A stretch of 63,209 nucleotides of DNA, counting the filler, from Collodictyon triciliatum (taxonomy: Eukaryota), in the NCBI GenBank assembly GCA_043381765.1. It is 5 parts of 5 records of this genome, joined end to end, with 100 filler letters (N's around TTAATTAATTAA, not from the genome) between each part and the next. Parts side by side here need not be neighbours in the genome. Positions count along the whole stretch, not along the records: positions 18,042 to 35,957 come from JBHJMP010001417.1; positions 36,058 to 53,950 come from JBHJMP010001418.1; 3 more parts are not named here. The stretch is one strand, 5' to 3'. The notes beneath the pieces are model-generated. The model was not told where the DNA came from, made no database searches, and worked only from the letters and a program-made list of their open reading frames with translations. A program made the position numbers and the translations under genes. Shown in pieces: positions 26,441-47,938 of the stretch. Position 1 is the first letter of the stretch. Each line of letters begins with the position of its first letter.

Positions 26441-28149
26441 TCAGGTGTGTTGCGGAATGTCCCTATTGAAGTGACTTGAAGGAGCAGGTGCTTGGGGTGT
26501 TGGACTCTTACCATGTTGTGTCTTGTCATTTTCGGACGATTCAGACTCCGCATAATTCCCATCGATAAAGAATTCTGATTTTATTAATTAAGTGAATGAC
26601 ACCAAGAAGGTATATACACATGATCATTCGATTTTAGACTGCTTTAAAAAAAGTTCATCAATTCTGTCATATTTCGATGGGATTCACTAACCTGCTTTTT
26701 GTGTCGGGGGTATTACAGCATTTGTTGTGCTCATGACACTGATGTTTTTGTTTGTGTGATAAAAGCTCATTTTTGGAGCGATGGAGTTCACTCGGGAGAC
26801 AAAGTCAGGGGGTTCTGGTGATGCAGTATTGGGAATGTCGTCCCATATTACAGGAGTCATATCGGTGGGGTCATTAACATATATAAGCTGCATACATCTC
26901 TTGCGTTGGTAGGCTTCTACATCACAAGAGTGCGCTTTGTTGTAGTCATCCAATTTTCGGATATTTTCTTCAGTCAAAGGAAATATCTCCACAATCTTTT
27001 GCGGAATCAATATCTGCTTCGGAATAAAGCCAAAGGACATGATCGAAGACTCTAGCAATCCAGCGATGCCAGGACGAGTATCAACTTTTGATAAGTCGAT
27101 CCCGCCCACGAAGCTTTTTCTCTGAGAGTTTATGGATGCCCTGTTTGCGTGTTGTGACATTCTGCGGGCCGCTTCGATTGATTGCCTCTGCAAAAGATAT
27201 GTATGCAGGTGTTAAGTCTAGTTATTTGTGATTGTAAATATTTGCAAGTTTTTTTTTCCTTTATTCGATTCAAAGGTAAATGTTTGCAAGTTAAAAAATA
27301 AAAGTGAAAGTGAAATGGATTGGGTTCACTGCTCCCTGTGTCCAACAATAATTATGAATATTTTTTTTTATGGAAACATAGACTTAATAATAACAACAGA
27401 TGGAAGAAATGAATGAAACAGATATATCATTCACCTTTTAACGTTAGAAAATATACAAGTGTATTGAGAGGAGTACTAGATGATGGTGAATAATAGTGAG
27501 AATGAGATTTGCTATGTATTTTTTCCATAGTAGTACCCTTTGTTCATTTCGCACTTGAGAAGCGCTTTGTTCACGTAAAATCAATACGGAAAGTGCATCT
27601 CTGGGCGCATCATTACGATCAGAGGCATCTCGATCCTCCTGTAAAGATACAAAAAGCACATGAACGAAGCGCAAACCCATGCTTTTTTATTTTTTATTTT
27701 TGTTTTTATTTTTGTTTTTATTTATTTATTTTATTTTTGCTCTCGATGTATATTCTATGTTCCTTAGCAATTGATTATTCTTAAATTTTCATGCTCGTTT
27801 GGTATTGAGATATTCCAAATATATATGATAATTCAATATCATTATTTTTCATCTAAGCAATCATTTAATGCATGAAGGACAAATAGAAAGCTCTATGTTT
27901 TGAAATGCTGAATAATCTCACTTGATCCTCTACTTTGTTATTAAAGACGGAGGCTGAAGCGCCTGTATGGTTGATGCATATGTGATAAGAATGAAAAAGA
28001 AGGGAAAGATGAAGAAAAGGAAAAAGAAAAAGAAAAAGAAAAAGAAAAAGAGAATTCATTTTTTATTTGAGGTCTGTGTATTCTCGTGAGTCAATTCCGC
28101 CAAGGCAGATACAACCTTTTTATCCACGAGAAAGAAATCCCTCACCCAT
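26441..28149 (-). CDS. Hypothetical protein with N-terminal MGASAS (probable N-myristoylation), 5 exons
   Basis: 4-nt first coding exon ATGG (28146-28149, donor GTGAG), then ~27921-27962 (ASASVFNNKVEDQ), ~27537-27638, ~26692-27187 and 26441-~26574. They splice in frame to a TGA at 26441-26443. Confidence 0.65.
27234..27292 (-). mobile_element. Micro-insertion copy D (25 bp) with 17-bp TSD (1 mismatch), intronic
   Basis: GTAAATATTTGCAAGTT (27234-27250) + TTTTTTTCCTTTATTCGATTCAAAG (27251-27275) + GTAAATGTTTGCAAGTT (27276-27292). Confidence 0.85.
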
Positions 28150-28472
28150 GAATCGTTAAATGCTTGTGCGATGGACGGACGAAGCTGATCTCTGGGGCCG
28201 CCTTTCTTGGGTCGCCTGCCGATCGAAAGCCTGCCACGTGGGTTTACAAGACTGACTACTGCGTGATTCGATCCTCCTGCAAAGTTCTTGGCAACAGCAA
28301 CGAGCCAAAAATTACATGTCACCCGACGGAAGACAAAACGTCACACGCGTTGACTCTTCCAGATATGTTTTCTGCATCAAACCCATTCTCGTGATAAGAT
28401 ATTATATTGATACTATATTTTGTATATAGTGTTTTTATGGTTAAAATTAATCAACCCATGTATTATATTATT

Positions 28473-28528
28473 ATAATTTCCACACTAGAATGAATCGAAT
28501 AAAGGAAAAAATAATTTCCAGACTAGAA
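28473..28528 (+). mobile_element. Micro-insertion copy E (20 bp) with 18-bp TSD (1 mismatch)
   Basis: ATAATTTCCACACTAGAA (28473-28490) + TGAATCGAATAAAGGAAAAA (28491-28510) + ATAATTTCCAGACTAGAA (28511-28528). Confidence 0.85.
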
Positions 28529-28671
28529 AGTAACACACCCACGAACAATCTCTCTAAAGTCCATCCTGCAGAAGCTTATCCCAAGCCTACCCGCGAGGAT
28601 CAAAAGGATACAAACCCACACAAGACATCGGAGATATCAATAAAATCAACAGAACTATTATACTACCGCTC

Positions 28672-28672
<1 letters not shown>

Positions 28673-28766
<94 letters not shown>

Positions 28767-28767
28767 C

Positions 28768-28799
<32 letters not shown>

Positions 28800-28805
28800 C
28801 ATTAT
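28673..28805. repeat. (ATT)n/(ATTATC)n microsatellite; similar (ATT)n runs at ~39947-40044 and ~44553-44651
   Basis: Directly visible. Confidence 0.95.
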
Positions 28806-29455
28806 TCATACTTTTCTCGGTCGTTATCCTTCGCTTCTCACACAGCGCATTTTGTTGGCTGGCTCTTTTGTGATGTTGTGCTTTTGTTATGCGGGGGCTG
28901 TGTGACTAGGAAACTATGCCTGGGCTGAAGATCCCTTCGTTGTTATAGTTGTCCCTCTATTTCCCTTGTCATATGGTATCTAATTCTTTTTTATTTTTAT
29001 TTTGTTTGTGTTTTTTTTTTTTTCGCCTCCTGGTGTTTACATTTCGTGGCTAAGTGCTGAGCTGATCGTTGAGCATAGATCATTGATCATCACCGCAAGC
29101 AGCCAAACCCGAAGCCGATGGAACCCACGAAGGAGGCCAATGCACAAAAAGAAACGGGCACTTTCATCAGTAATGTACACTACGAACTCATGCCTCTGTG
29201 TTATTCCAGCATGCAATAGATTTACGTGATACGCTCTTTCGCACACTTAAGAACCATGTTTTTCTATTTGGAGTAAAATAAAAATATAAAAAAAAAATAT
29301 TGGTTCCTTCCGAAGGGTCATATATGAGTAAAACAAAACAAAACTAAACTAAACTAAACAAAACAAAACAAAACAAAACAAAGACAAAGACAAAGACAGA
29401 CCGTTCAATGGAAATATGATTTTGCTCCAAATTGTACTCCACCTCTTGTATTCAT

Positions 29456-32400
29456 ATGAATCATACGATAGATGAACAATCACACGAGAGGAAGATCAGT
29501 TCTGTGAAGAGCAACGACTACCAATACTCCCAGGCCTCGTGGCCTGATCCTATCAGTAACAATTACTGTCGCCCTGTTGTCGATGACGTTTCCCGACTGA
29601 ATGCAACACAGGTGGAGCGTATCTTCAATGTGAGAACGAAGGAGGACATTCAAAATGTCCTGGCCCTTGCTCGTGAGAGTAAACGCAGCGTTTCCATCCG
29701 CGGCACACAACACAGCATGGGGGGACATTCTATCGCGCCCGGGGGTTTTGTCATTGACATGAAACTCTACTGCGCAATGACTTACAACCATGTATCAAAA
29801 ACAGTGACTTCGGGTACTGGGGCGCAATGGTCCCATCTTATAAAGTACCTTAATCAATTTGGCATGTCGCCAAGGACAATGCAAAGCTACTCGAGCTTTT
29901 CGGTCGGTGGAACGGTGAGCGTAAACGCTCATGGGATAACAACAGACTACAGCTTGGTTGAGAGTGTCATCTCATTTAATCTGATCATGTATGATGGTAA
30001 GGAGGTTTTTTGCACCAGAGATTCTGAAAACCCTGACGCCAGAAAGCTCTTTGGATTGGCCATTGGTGGATTCGGCCTTTTTGGAGTCATCACTGATGTA
30101 ATTGTATTACATTATATTCATACTAAACAAATAAAGGAAAACATATTAGTATTAAACAAAAAAAAATTAAATACTCAAAGAACACTCACTTCAAATTCTC
30201 ATAATGGGTGATCATATATCGCTTATTTCTAATGATGGTTGGTTTACGGTGCTTTTGTACCTTGAAATTATTCATGTTCCCCCTGCCTCCTATGAACTGG
30301 GAAAAATCCCTCAATTTTATTGTCGCAATATTTATTTGATTTATTTGATGTCTTTTTCTTTTCTTTTCTTTTCTTTTCTTTTCTTTTCTTTTCTTTTCTT
30401 TTCTTTTCTTTTCTTTTCTTTATCCTTTATTCCTTTTTCTTTATTCCTTATTCTTTATTCTTTTCTAGAATTTTTTTTTTTAAAAAAAAACATTAATACC
30501 TACAAATCTCAGTAGATATATCTTAATTGAATATCTTTTAGATAACTATGAAAGTCGACGAAAATCATCGACTTAGTCTAGACAATATTGTTGTCAGCAC
30601 TCGAGAGTTTCCCATGTTTTTCGATAAAATAATGGAGTGCGACCGAGATAAAGGTGGTAATGTGGATATAAAGTTGTCCAGGTTAGATATCACATCCATG
30701 GATTCCGTGACCATCTACATTTTCAAAAAGATATCAACTCAACCCACCATCTCTGATATGGATCTAAAACCGCGCGAAATGTCTAAAGCATCACAGCTTC
30801 TCTACAAATGGCTCGCGCCAACTATGCAGGAGCTACGCTTTTCTATCGAGCGATCGTCCGGAGCAGCACTTGATTGGAATGAAAGTAGCAGCCGAAATGT
30901 ACTAATGTATGAAAGTGCGGTGCCGCTAGCCAAGGTGTACTCCCCTCTCATCGAATTGGATGATACATTCATCTTACAAGAATATTTCGTCCCAAAAAGC
31001 AGCTTTGTTCAATGGGTTGAGCTCTCCAAGGAGATATATAGAGATATAATGAAACATCCTCGTTTAAAATTACTAAATACTACAATCCGCTTCGTTCATC
31101 ATGACGCTGAGACAGCCTTGGCGTACTCATCTCGTCCTAATGGTATGTTTGCTTTTGTTCTCTACTACAGGCTCCCACGAACCAAAGAGGCTGAAAAAGA
31201 TTTGGAATCTTATCATATACGATTTGTGGAGGCCACTCTGAGCCTTGGCGGAACATTCTACCTTCCCTATCGCCATCATTACACAAGATACCAGATGGAG
31301 AAAGCGTATAACCTTAATGTTTTGGAAAATTTCTTTGCTTCGAAGGAAAGGTATGACCCTGACTGTTTATTTACCTCTCTTTGGTTCAACCAATATGGCC
31401 AGTATTATGTTTCAGAAGAATATAAATCCTTGATGACCTTCCGACAGTCAAGCGAAATTCATGGTTTGCGTGTGTACAACGAACACCACCAAATATCTAC
31501 TAGATATACAATCCCAATTGTATCTGAGCGTCGCTCTGATTCATATGCTCGACTTTTTTCAAACCCGGATATGCGTCGACAATTTGCAGAAGAGTTTTTA
31601 GTCAAAGTGTTTCACATCGAGAATCCAAACCTCCTTATGCAGGTGATATCGAAAGCTGTGTGGGACCCTCGAAACAAGAACGATATTGATGTATACTGCG
31701 CTATACAAACCTCTCTTACAAGGTTATTATTTCTTATTCATGCATATTACTTCAATAATGCTCATATGTGTATGTATGTATGTATGTATGTATGTATGTA
31801 TGTATGTATGTATGTATGTATGTATGTATGTATGTATGTATGTATGTATGTATGTATGTATGTATGTATGTATGTATGTATGTATTGTTTAAAGGAAACT
31901 TCTCAGCATACTCATAATCTACCTGAAACCCGGTTATGAATTGAACCTATGAACTCCAAATAACTAGTACAAATTATAGCACATCCCAGAGTCCTTTGAC
32001 TATGATAAAAAAGACCTGGAGACAAATCAAGCAACTTAGTGAGCAAAAGGAAGAAATAGCGAGAGAGACTGTTTCGATAATATCGAAATTGGGTAAAATG
32101 GGGCAATTACATGATTATGTATCCATCGGAGATAATGGAAAAATGGTTATCCCTTTAAAGGAAGCACTTAGCATGCGTGGTAAGGTTTGGATTCTGCACG
32201 ACTCAGAGCCTTCCAGTGCAGACGTATCAGCTATACTTGAAAGGGGAAGCCTGGATCCTATCGGGCAATTTGTATTCGTCGATTACAACAACATATGTGC
32301 CGCGCGATGGCCCATATCGGACGAAAGTGTCGACTTTGTGACAATTAATCAAGGGTTGCATCATTTGCCTCAATCCAGTTTGCCAGATTTCTTGGGAGAA

Positions 32401-35316
32401 GTCAAAAGAATTCTGAGACCTGGAGGTATTTTCATAGTTCGAGAACATAATGCGGAAAAAGGCCCCCAGAGTGAGGTAATGTTTTCTATGCATCTAATAT
32501 CGTTCCTTCTAATTCTCTCAAAGTGTAGTCGAATGTGGTACTGAATGATCAATAATAGTTGCATAGAATAGTGTAATGGCTTGTATATGATAAATCCTTT
32601 TCTTTCTTTCTTTTTTTTTTTTTAGCCAGGAGCGAACTCAAACGTATTGGACCTCATCCCCATGCTAGACTTGGCTCATAGCGTGTTCAACGCGGTCACT
32701 GGGGTCCCCATTCAACTTGAAAAAACAGAAATTCGAGCCTTTCGCTCAATACTTGAATGGAGGGATATTCTGCAAGGGCATGGATTTATCGACACTATGC
32801 TCTACGAAATACAAGCAAGTGACCCAACACTAGACGAAATGATGTGTTTCTACAAGCCCCCCTTCACTGACCGTCTGTTTGTTCACCAAGAAAAATATTC
32901 AAGTATCCTCCCGGAAGAAAATGGGGTGGACATTACCAAATTTGCTGTTCCTTCTATCTTGAACGATATTATATCCCCTATACCTGGAGCTGTCCTCCAC
33001 TTGGCCAAGCAAATATTGAAGATGATAATCGATTATATCCCAATTTTTTCAAAATATCTTTTTGATTATGTCAAATATATTTTTCCTCCGTCTGTTCATG
33101 ACCTTATGGCTGAAAATATTCGTAATACATCCTCTGAAGTTACATCATGGTTTCAGCGGTTAGGGCCTTTCCTGAATGAATCCAAGGTAGTCGGATGCAC
33201 TTCTCCTTCTCTTTTTCCATCTGAATTTCTCTTAGTTTACCCAGCGATTAAACGTAAGGCCAGTCTGGGAAAGGCCACAGCAGCAGAAACCGTGCTGATT
33301 TCATTCATCGAAGACATAAAAAAATCTCTCACATCGGAGCCAATCAGCCAAGCTTTCAAATGTGCCTCACCCGGGAATTCACAAACAATCGACACTGAAA
33401 AAGTATTACAAAAGATAACTTCCTTAGTGGATGCACTTCCAGGACTCAAGGGACCAAATGTTTTTGAAGAGCTCAATATACCTACAATAATCAGGAAAAT
33501 GTGGAAATCTGCACATGCAGCTGCCGTATCAGCCGATGCAGTGTACCAAAACTCTGAAAACACAGGATCCCCTGGGAGCCAAAATCATTTAATTTATGTC
33601 ACAAGGGCGTTGGTTGCCTATCTAGACATTTTTACTTGGAAGGAGCTTTCAAAAGTCCTGGATGTTATCATCAAAGAGAAGGCGTTTCCTCCTCCTTTGG
33701 AGGCAATTATCGAGAAAGCGTCGTGTTCTAGTAATGAGATATATGATAACAGTCCAGGCGGATTATGGGCTCGGGCATTAATATCCTTGTTAGGCTCAGA
33801 GCAAATACAATTAGGCCAATATTCCGGTCAAGCAAGATTTGTTGGCTTAGGGAAACTATATGACCTTTGGAAATTTTCTCAAGAGCGCAGGAAACGCGCC
33901 GTAAAATTGATTTCAGAATCTCAGAAGCACATGGATGAAGAGGCTCTCCAGTACGTTACAAGGATGGATACTGTCGAGGTAGTTATGAACGAACACGCCT
34001 TTCATGATATACATAATGTTCGAGGTATTAAATCTGCGACGTTTGGATATACAAGCCTGACTGTCAGTCCAGTTTGTGTCTTGAGCTTAGTAAGTAAATA
34101 CCTAAAAGATGGTACTTTGCATACATCACAAATCGCAACTCAAACTTTGGAAGAACATCGGAAAACTGTCGCTGTTGTCGAGGGTGTTCGTCGGTTTGTG
34201 GTATCAAAGACCAGCAAATTAAATATACAATATTTTCCCTTGACTGAAACAGACGAAAAATACCAAAAACATGCATCCGCTATTATTAAATATCTAACTG
34301 AGACCGGACAGCTGAATCAAAATCGAAAAGGACAAGGTCATTATAACTATTACAAATTACCCGAATGGATGCAGGTATGTGTGACCTCAAAGGCATTGAT
34401 TTACATTATTATTAATTTTTTTTTCCTTTATTCGATTCAAAGTACATTATTATTAAAAAAAAATTTTTTTAAAAAAAACAACTTAACTGGTTAATGTCAC
34501 TGAGTGTATGTCGCTTTTCTTTTCTTTTCTTCTTTTTTTGAAAACAAAACAAAACACCGACTAAATATTTTCTCCCACCAGGTTGAGATAATTCAAATAT
34601 TCGGAGAAAGCTTGGAGCACACACCATGGTACCGATTTCCCTTTTTCGATTTCATTAAAGTTTACTTCAAAGTTCTTTCTCAGATGGTAGGAACAGTGAG
34701 ATCAGAATATGGAGTTGGAAAAGCGGTTTTCAGTATGGCATTTGCTACTGACTTGATTCCTGGAATTGTAATGTCTATCCTTTTCGCTCAGATGAAGTTA
34801 TTATCAAGTCCTATAGCGTACTCATTAGGAAATGAATACCCTGAGGATGAAATGACGGAGCATATAGTAATTGCAGTTCATCAGTCCGAGCAAAATGATT
34901 TGAAAAAAATAGGCGGGAAAATCAGATCATTGAGGGAAGTTGCTCGTGGCCGAGGAATATACATCATGGAGGTGGACACGTTCAAGAATCTAACAACTGT
35001 TCTGAAGAGTATGGCCATTGCTGTTCCAAACGCCAGAATATTGGAAATCTCGAACCATCAGAAGATTCATATCAAAGTGGTTCTCCCACGCTCCGCCGAT
35101 ACGGAAGAGAAGGAGCAGAAACTTGTTGAGAGAATCAAACAATACCCGGGGTGTGCTCTCGTTTTATCGTTCCGTTACCCTGTCGACGGAACACCAGCCC
35201 AGAAGTCGCCCCTTTGCCTTTCCCTCACCGTGCAAGTACCTTGTCTGCTTCATTTTGTCAAGGAGTGTCACAGTTCTGGCGTTGGTGTTGCGCAGATATA
35301 TGACTTTTTCTGCTGA
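29456..35316 (+). CDS. FAD-linked oxidase (PCMH/VAO fold, aldonolactone-oxidase-like) fused to a class I SAM-dependent methyltransferase-like domain and a long C-terminal region (~1600 aa); start uncertain
   Basis: Exons ~29456-30097, 30542-31722, ~31968-32475, 32626-34374 and 34582-35316. FAD motifs: SIRGTQHSMGGHS, SFSVGGTVSVNAHG, AIGGFGLFGVITD; oxidase cap ILQEYFVP...GGTFYLPY...KERYDPDCLF. MTase-like: YVSIGDNG...SVDFVTINQGLHHL...LGEVKRILRPGGIFIVREHN. Confidence 0.88.
31770..31885. repeat. (TATG)n microsatellite in an intron (also at ~18042-18085)
   Basis: Directly visible. Confidence 0.95.
34402..34456 (-). mobile_element. Micro-insertion copy F (27 bp) with 14-bp TSD, intronic
   Basis: TACATTATTATTAA (34402-34415) + TTTTTTTTTCCTTTATTCGATTCAAAG (34416-34442) + TACATTATTATTAA (34443-34456). 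Confidence 0.85.
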
Positions 35317-36225
35317 GCGACATACCCACGAATCAGCGGCTGTGTTGGAACTGTGTAACATCGGCGCTCGTAATCGCACAGCATGCGTAGTGATAGTTTC
35401 TACGGCCCCAACTTTGCCATATCTCTTAACTCAACCCCACCTGCTCCTCTTCTCGTGGTTAAAACATTCCTTGTGCTTCGCGCTCAAACCCAAAGTATCT
35501 TTCTTTTTTTTTCACTCGTTCTTTCCTCCTACAAGAAAATGAGAAGAAAGAGAAAGAAAGAATAGCCCTGGAACGTGTAAATTGCCACAATATTCTTTGT
35601 AGAAAGAGAAGATACAAGTGTATGTTGTCATCACATAGTTTGCACATCCTTTGCGAGTTTCAACACAGAAGCAAGCAAGTCACAGATTGCTATCCTTTTT
35701 TTTTTTTTTTGCGTGCGAATCTATCTTAAGAAATAAATAAAGAGAAGCATGACCGTTTTGGTGGATAGCTGGCCTCTTCTTTGTTCGAGGCAAGAAGGCA
35801 GCACCACTTACTCAGCCACTTTATCTTGCAAAAGAAAGCAGCCAAAGAGACCTGCCACGACCGAAGTGCAGCCGGCTGGCGTGGCGATGGAAATACCAAC
35901 CCAGGCTGAGGCACAGCCAACAGCCCAGCCAAAAAATGAAGATGGCAAAGTTCGCATNNNNNNNNNNNNNNNNNNNNNNNNNNNNNNNNNNNNNNNNNNN
36001 NTTAATTAATTAANNNNNNNNNNNNNNNNNNNNNNNNNNNNNNNNNNNNNNNNNNNNAACAAAAAAAAAAACAACAAAAAAACAACAAAAAAACAACAAA
36101 AAAACAACAAAAAAACAACAAAAAACAACAAAAAAACAACAAAAAAACAATAAAAAAACAATAAATAAAAAAAGGAAGCTGACTAGTTAAAATATGTAAG
36201 TTTATCTCACAAAAAGGATCGAACA

Positions 36226-38252
36226 TGTCCTGGATTCAGCGAGCGAGTTCACTTGACCTGTTCGAGTTCCTTTTTCAACAGTTATTGGTAGATATTTTAT
36301 CAAGGTTTCCATATGGATCGACCGAAGTGATTTGGAGATAATCCAATTCTATATAATTCCGATAATTGATTGAGGTATTTAAGTGCATAATAAAATTTCG
36401 CTGTTAACTACCAAAAAAAAAAAAAAGCCTTATTATGATTTGATCGTAAATTGTACATTTGCATGCATGTAGTTTAGAAGTGGGAACATGAGAGTAATGA
36501 TTGAGGATTTTTTCAATTACCGCAAACTTTTCTAAGGCCGGGTAAATTTTCATGACCTCTTGGTCACCTGTACACTCAGAAACAGATGTCTTCCTAACAA
36601 ATTTCTGTATTGGAGGCGATCTATCCTCTATCAGAAAATGGAAAAAAATCGTAAAAATACATTCTCTTTCATGGGAAACAGTTTTATGGATTGATACTCG
36701 TATTCTTGCAATCAGTTACCCGTCGACATCCGGTTACGTATCCCATTAATTGATTTTAATTTTGCAACGCCTCTCACGTTATCAATAACCTGGTAGATGA
36801 AGAAAAAAAAAACAAGAGGAATGCATAAAGCAAAACATGTAGCACAACATATACCCACTACTTTCCTTCTGAGACATGTATAATATATTTTATTGCTACT
36901 TTTCTTCTTATCTTATGATTATAATGATCATGCCTCAATCTCAACAAGAGTTGGATTTCCTTCTCGTATAACATTCAAACAGCCGCAGGCGTTTTTGCCT
37001 AGCATGACCTCTCCAATGGATGACGCGTTTAAAGCATCCCTTATTTGATTGAAGATTCCATCCCCACATAAAAGAAACTCCCATTTGCCCTGAACACCTA
37101 ATAAATGTAAGTTGTCCTTTTTTTGAATCTTGTAAGAGTTGTAAATTTCGATTTTCATTTTCTACTTTTAAGATACAATAAAAAAAAACAGAGATGCACA
37201 TATGTATTAGATTAATATGACTTGACAATACTGTCTATAAATAAAACAAATAAATGCATCCCAGAAAACTTAAAGAGGAATTTACATTATCTTTATAGTG
37301 AAATGAAAGCCTTACCTCCGCAGTGTACTCCGTAAACTTCCCCCGCAGCCAATGCACAATGAATTCTTAGTTCTCCGTAGTGGGACTTGGGCGATGATTT
37401 CAGATTGCCTTTTAATTTAATAGAGCCTTTTTTGACAGCATCGAACTGATATTTTTGATTCATTTCAATACATCTCATTGAGCAAATGCAGGCAGCAACA
37501 ACAGCCATCGGTAAGTTAGGCTGTTCGTATCGGTTTTGGCACTCTTTTCCCATTATAGAGTTCCTTCTATCTGACTTTGAAACTTTCCACATAACAACCA
37601 AGGCATCCCCGGCAATTTTAATAACTATTTATGGTTGTTATATAGAGAGCTTGAAGTATTATACACCACAAATTTCATTTATCCTCATTAAAATTCAAAA
37701 TTTTTTTATTTATACGACACATTTTCTTTACTCTTTTCATTATTCGTAGTAAAAATTACCATCACCGCCACAATCATCGATTACATCAATAAGTGCGCTG
37801 AAGTAAGAGTTCAAAAATCTGTACAAAATAGCAAGAGAATCTGATTATTTTCGTAACTATGATGCGCTTTACAATTCAATCATTAATTGCCCACTTCATT
37901 ATTTCGGAATTATTTTTCATGTGTATTTTGAAATATAAATACGAAATCAAGAAAATACAAACCCAGTGAGTTCCTCCATACCGCTTCCTCTCGTCCGAAG
38001 CACTTCGCCAAGCTTTGTAAATCCGCTGATATCCGCAAAAAGAACAGCTACCCAATTATTTTATCTTATATTACTTGATTTAATAATTGGTCATCATTTA
38101 AGAAATGCATTAAGAATCAGAAAAATTATATGAGTTTTATTAATTATACACTCTTTACCAGCCTCAAACTGATCTGCTCTTACAGACGGAATATTTCCGA
38201 CTGATACATCACTAATTACGCATCTCGGTAAAAAACTTGCGACGTCATACAT
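36226..38252 (-). CDS. Class III adenylate/guanylate cyclase of the soluble (ADCY10/sAC-like) type, first catalytic domain; 3' part lost at the linker
   Basis: Spliced: MYDVASFLPRCV...AVLFADISGFTKLGEVL...FLNSYFSALIDVIDDCGGD-VIKIAGDALVVMW...LRIHCALAAGEV...WEFLLCGD...LIKYLPITV...SLAESRT. The last segment is the typical lead-in to the second catalytic domain. Confidence 0.88.
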
Positions 38253-38849
38253 TAAGCGATCGGCAACACTGTATCGACCTCTAGAAAATGATTAAGAAAA
38301 CAAAATGAATAGAAAACAAAAACAAAAACAAAAACAAAAACAAAAACAAAAAAAAACAAAAACAAAAAACGAAAAACGAAAATAATAGAAGGGCTCAATA
38401 GATACAGTTTTGTGTGACATATAGGAAGACTAATCATTGATATATTTTCTTTTTTCTTTTTATATGAGTAGGATAATTATTTTAGCTTGAAATTTTATGG
38501 GAAAGCGAAATCATATATGATCTATTCATACAACGTAAGATACATACAGTATATCATTCATTAGTAGTGTGATATATCCTCTGTCGAATTCAATATAGAT
38601 ATATGGTCTCTGGACGTCGAATTCCTTTTTGACCTTGTGCATAATTATTAAATTTAGTTGTTGGCATGATGCCAATACGAATAGCAATAGTAATCTTAAT
38701 GAATAAGTACGCAAATTAAACGAAACGGTCATCGGCGTTTCATTAACCACCACATAAGTCTGAAACTTTCGTTATGTGTTGGTCATTAAGACAACCAAAT
38801 AATTAGAGAAAAGAAATGACAGATATAAAAGATATGAAATAATAAATAT

Positions 38850-38850
<1 letters not shown>

Positions 38851-38943
<93 letters not shown>
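38851..38943. repeat. (AAAG)n microsatellite
   Basis: Directly visible. Confidence 0.95.
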
Positions 38944-38944
<1 letters not shown>

Positions 38945-39608
38945 GACTATTATTGGGTGGAATGAATGTGACATCTCTTCTACCAGGCCAGGACACCAAG
39001 CTTGCTTTGACTCTTATTTTCCTCAAGTCCGGCCGAAATGAGTTTTGATCAGAGAAAGTGATCTACACCGACAGTCTGAGACAAACCCGTTCCTTTATTT
39101 GTTTGCTTTCTTGCCGACCCACAGGGCTTCTAATTTAAAATTATTGACATTTTATCCTGTTTAAGCAAATGGCGGAACCAAAAGTGCTTTGAGAACAAGC
39201 AGGATTTGTGTCCTGCCAGTGTCACCAAACTATAGTAACGGCTTCCAAAATTGGAATTTATTTCACGATTTTTTCTTGCCTTATCGGCAACCCCGCGTCA
39301 ACCAATCGGCTGCGCGTGATCGATCGTTTCTTTCCTTCGAGCTGCTGGAAGATGGAAAACTGATCATCATGTTCACAGTCAGCCGTAAAATATTTATAGG
39401 CTTATCAGCCCACATAGTGACTAAGGAAAAATAAAAAGAAAGAAAACCCCTACCAGTTTCTTTTGTGTTTTTTTTTTTTTTTTGATTTCATTTGAACAGT
39501 TTTTTTTTTCTGTGTTGCACTGAACTCTTATTTTTCTCGCTCGTCCGTCTTGATCCAAGATATCAGGCCTAGAAGACTCTTTCACGCAGTATCTGTCGCC
39601 GAGGCAGG

Positions 39609-47938
<8,330 letters not shown>

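Noticed and set aside
35749-35957. ORF running into the linker (MTVLVDSW...KNEDGKVR)
   Set aside because: It could be a first exon, but it is too short and motif-free to call.
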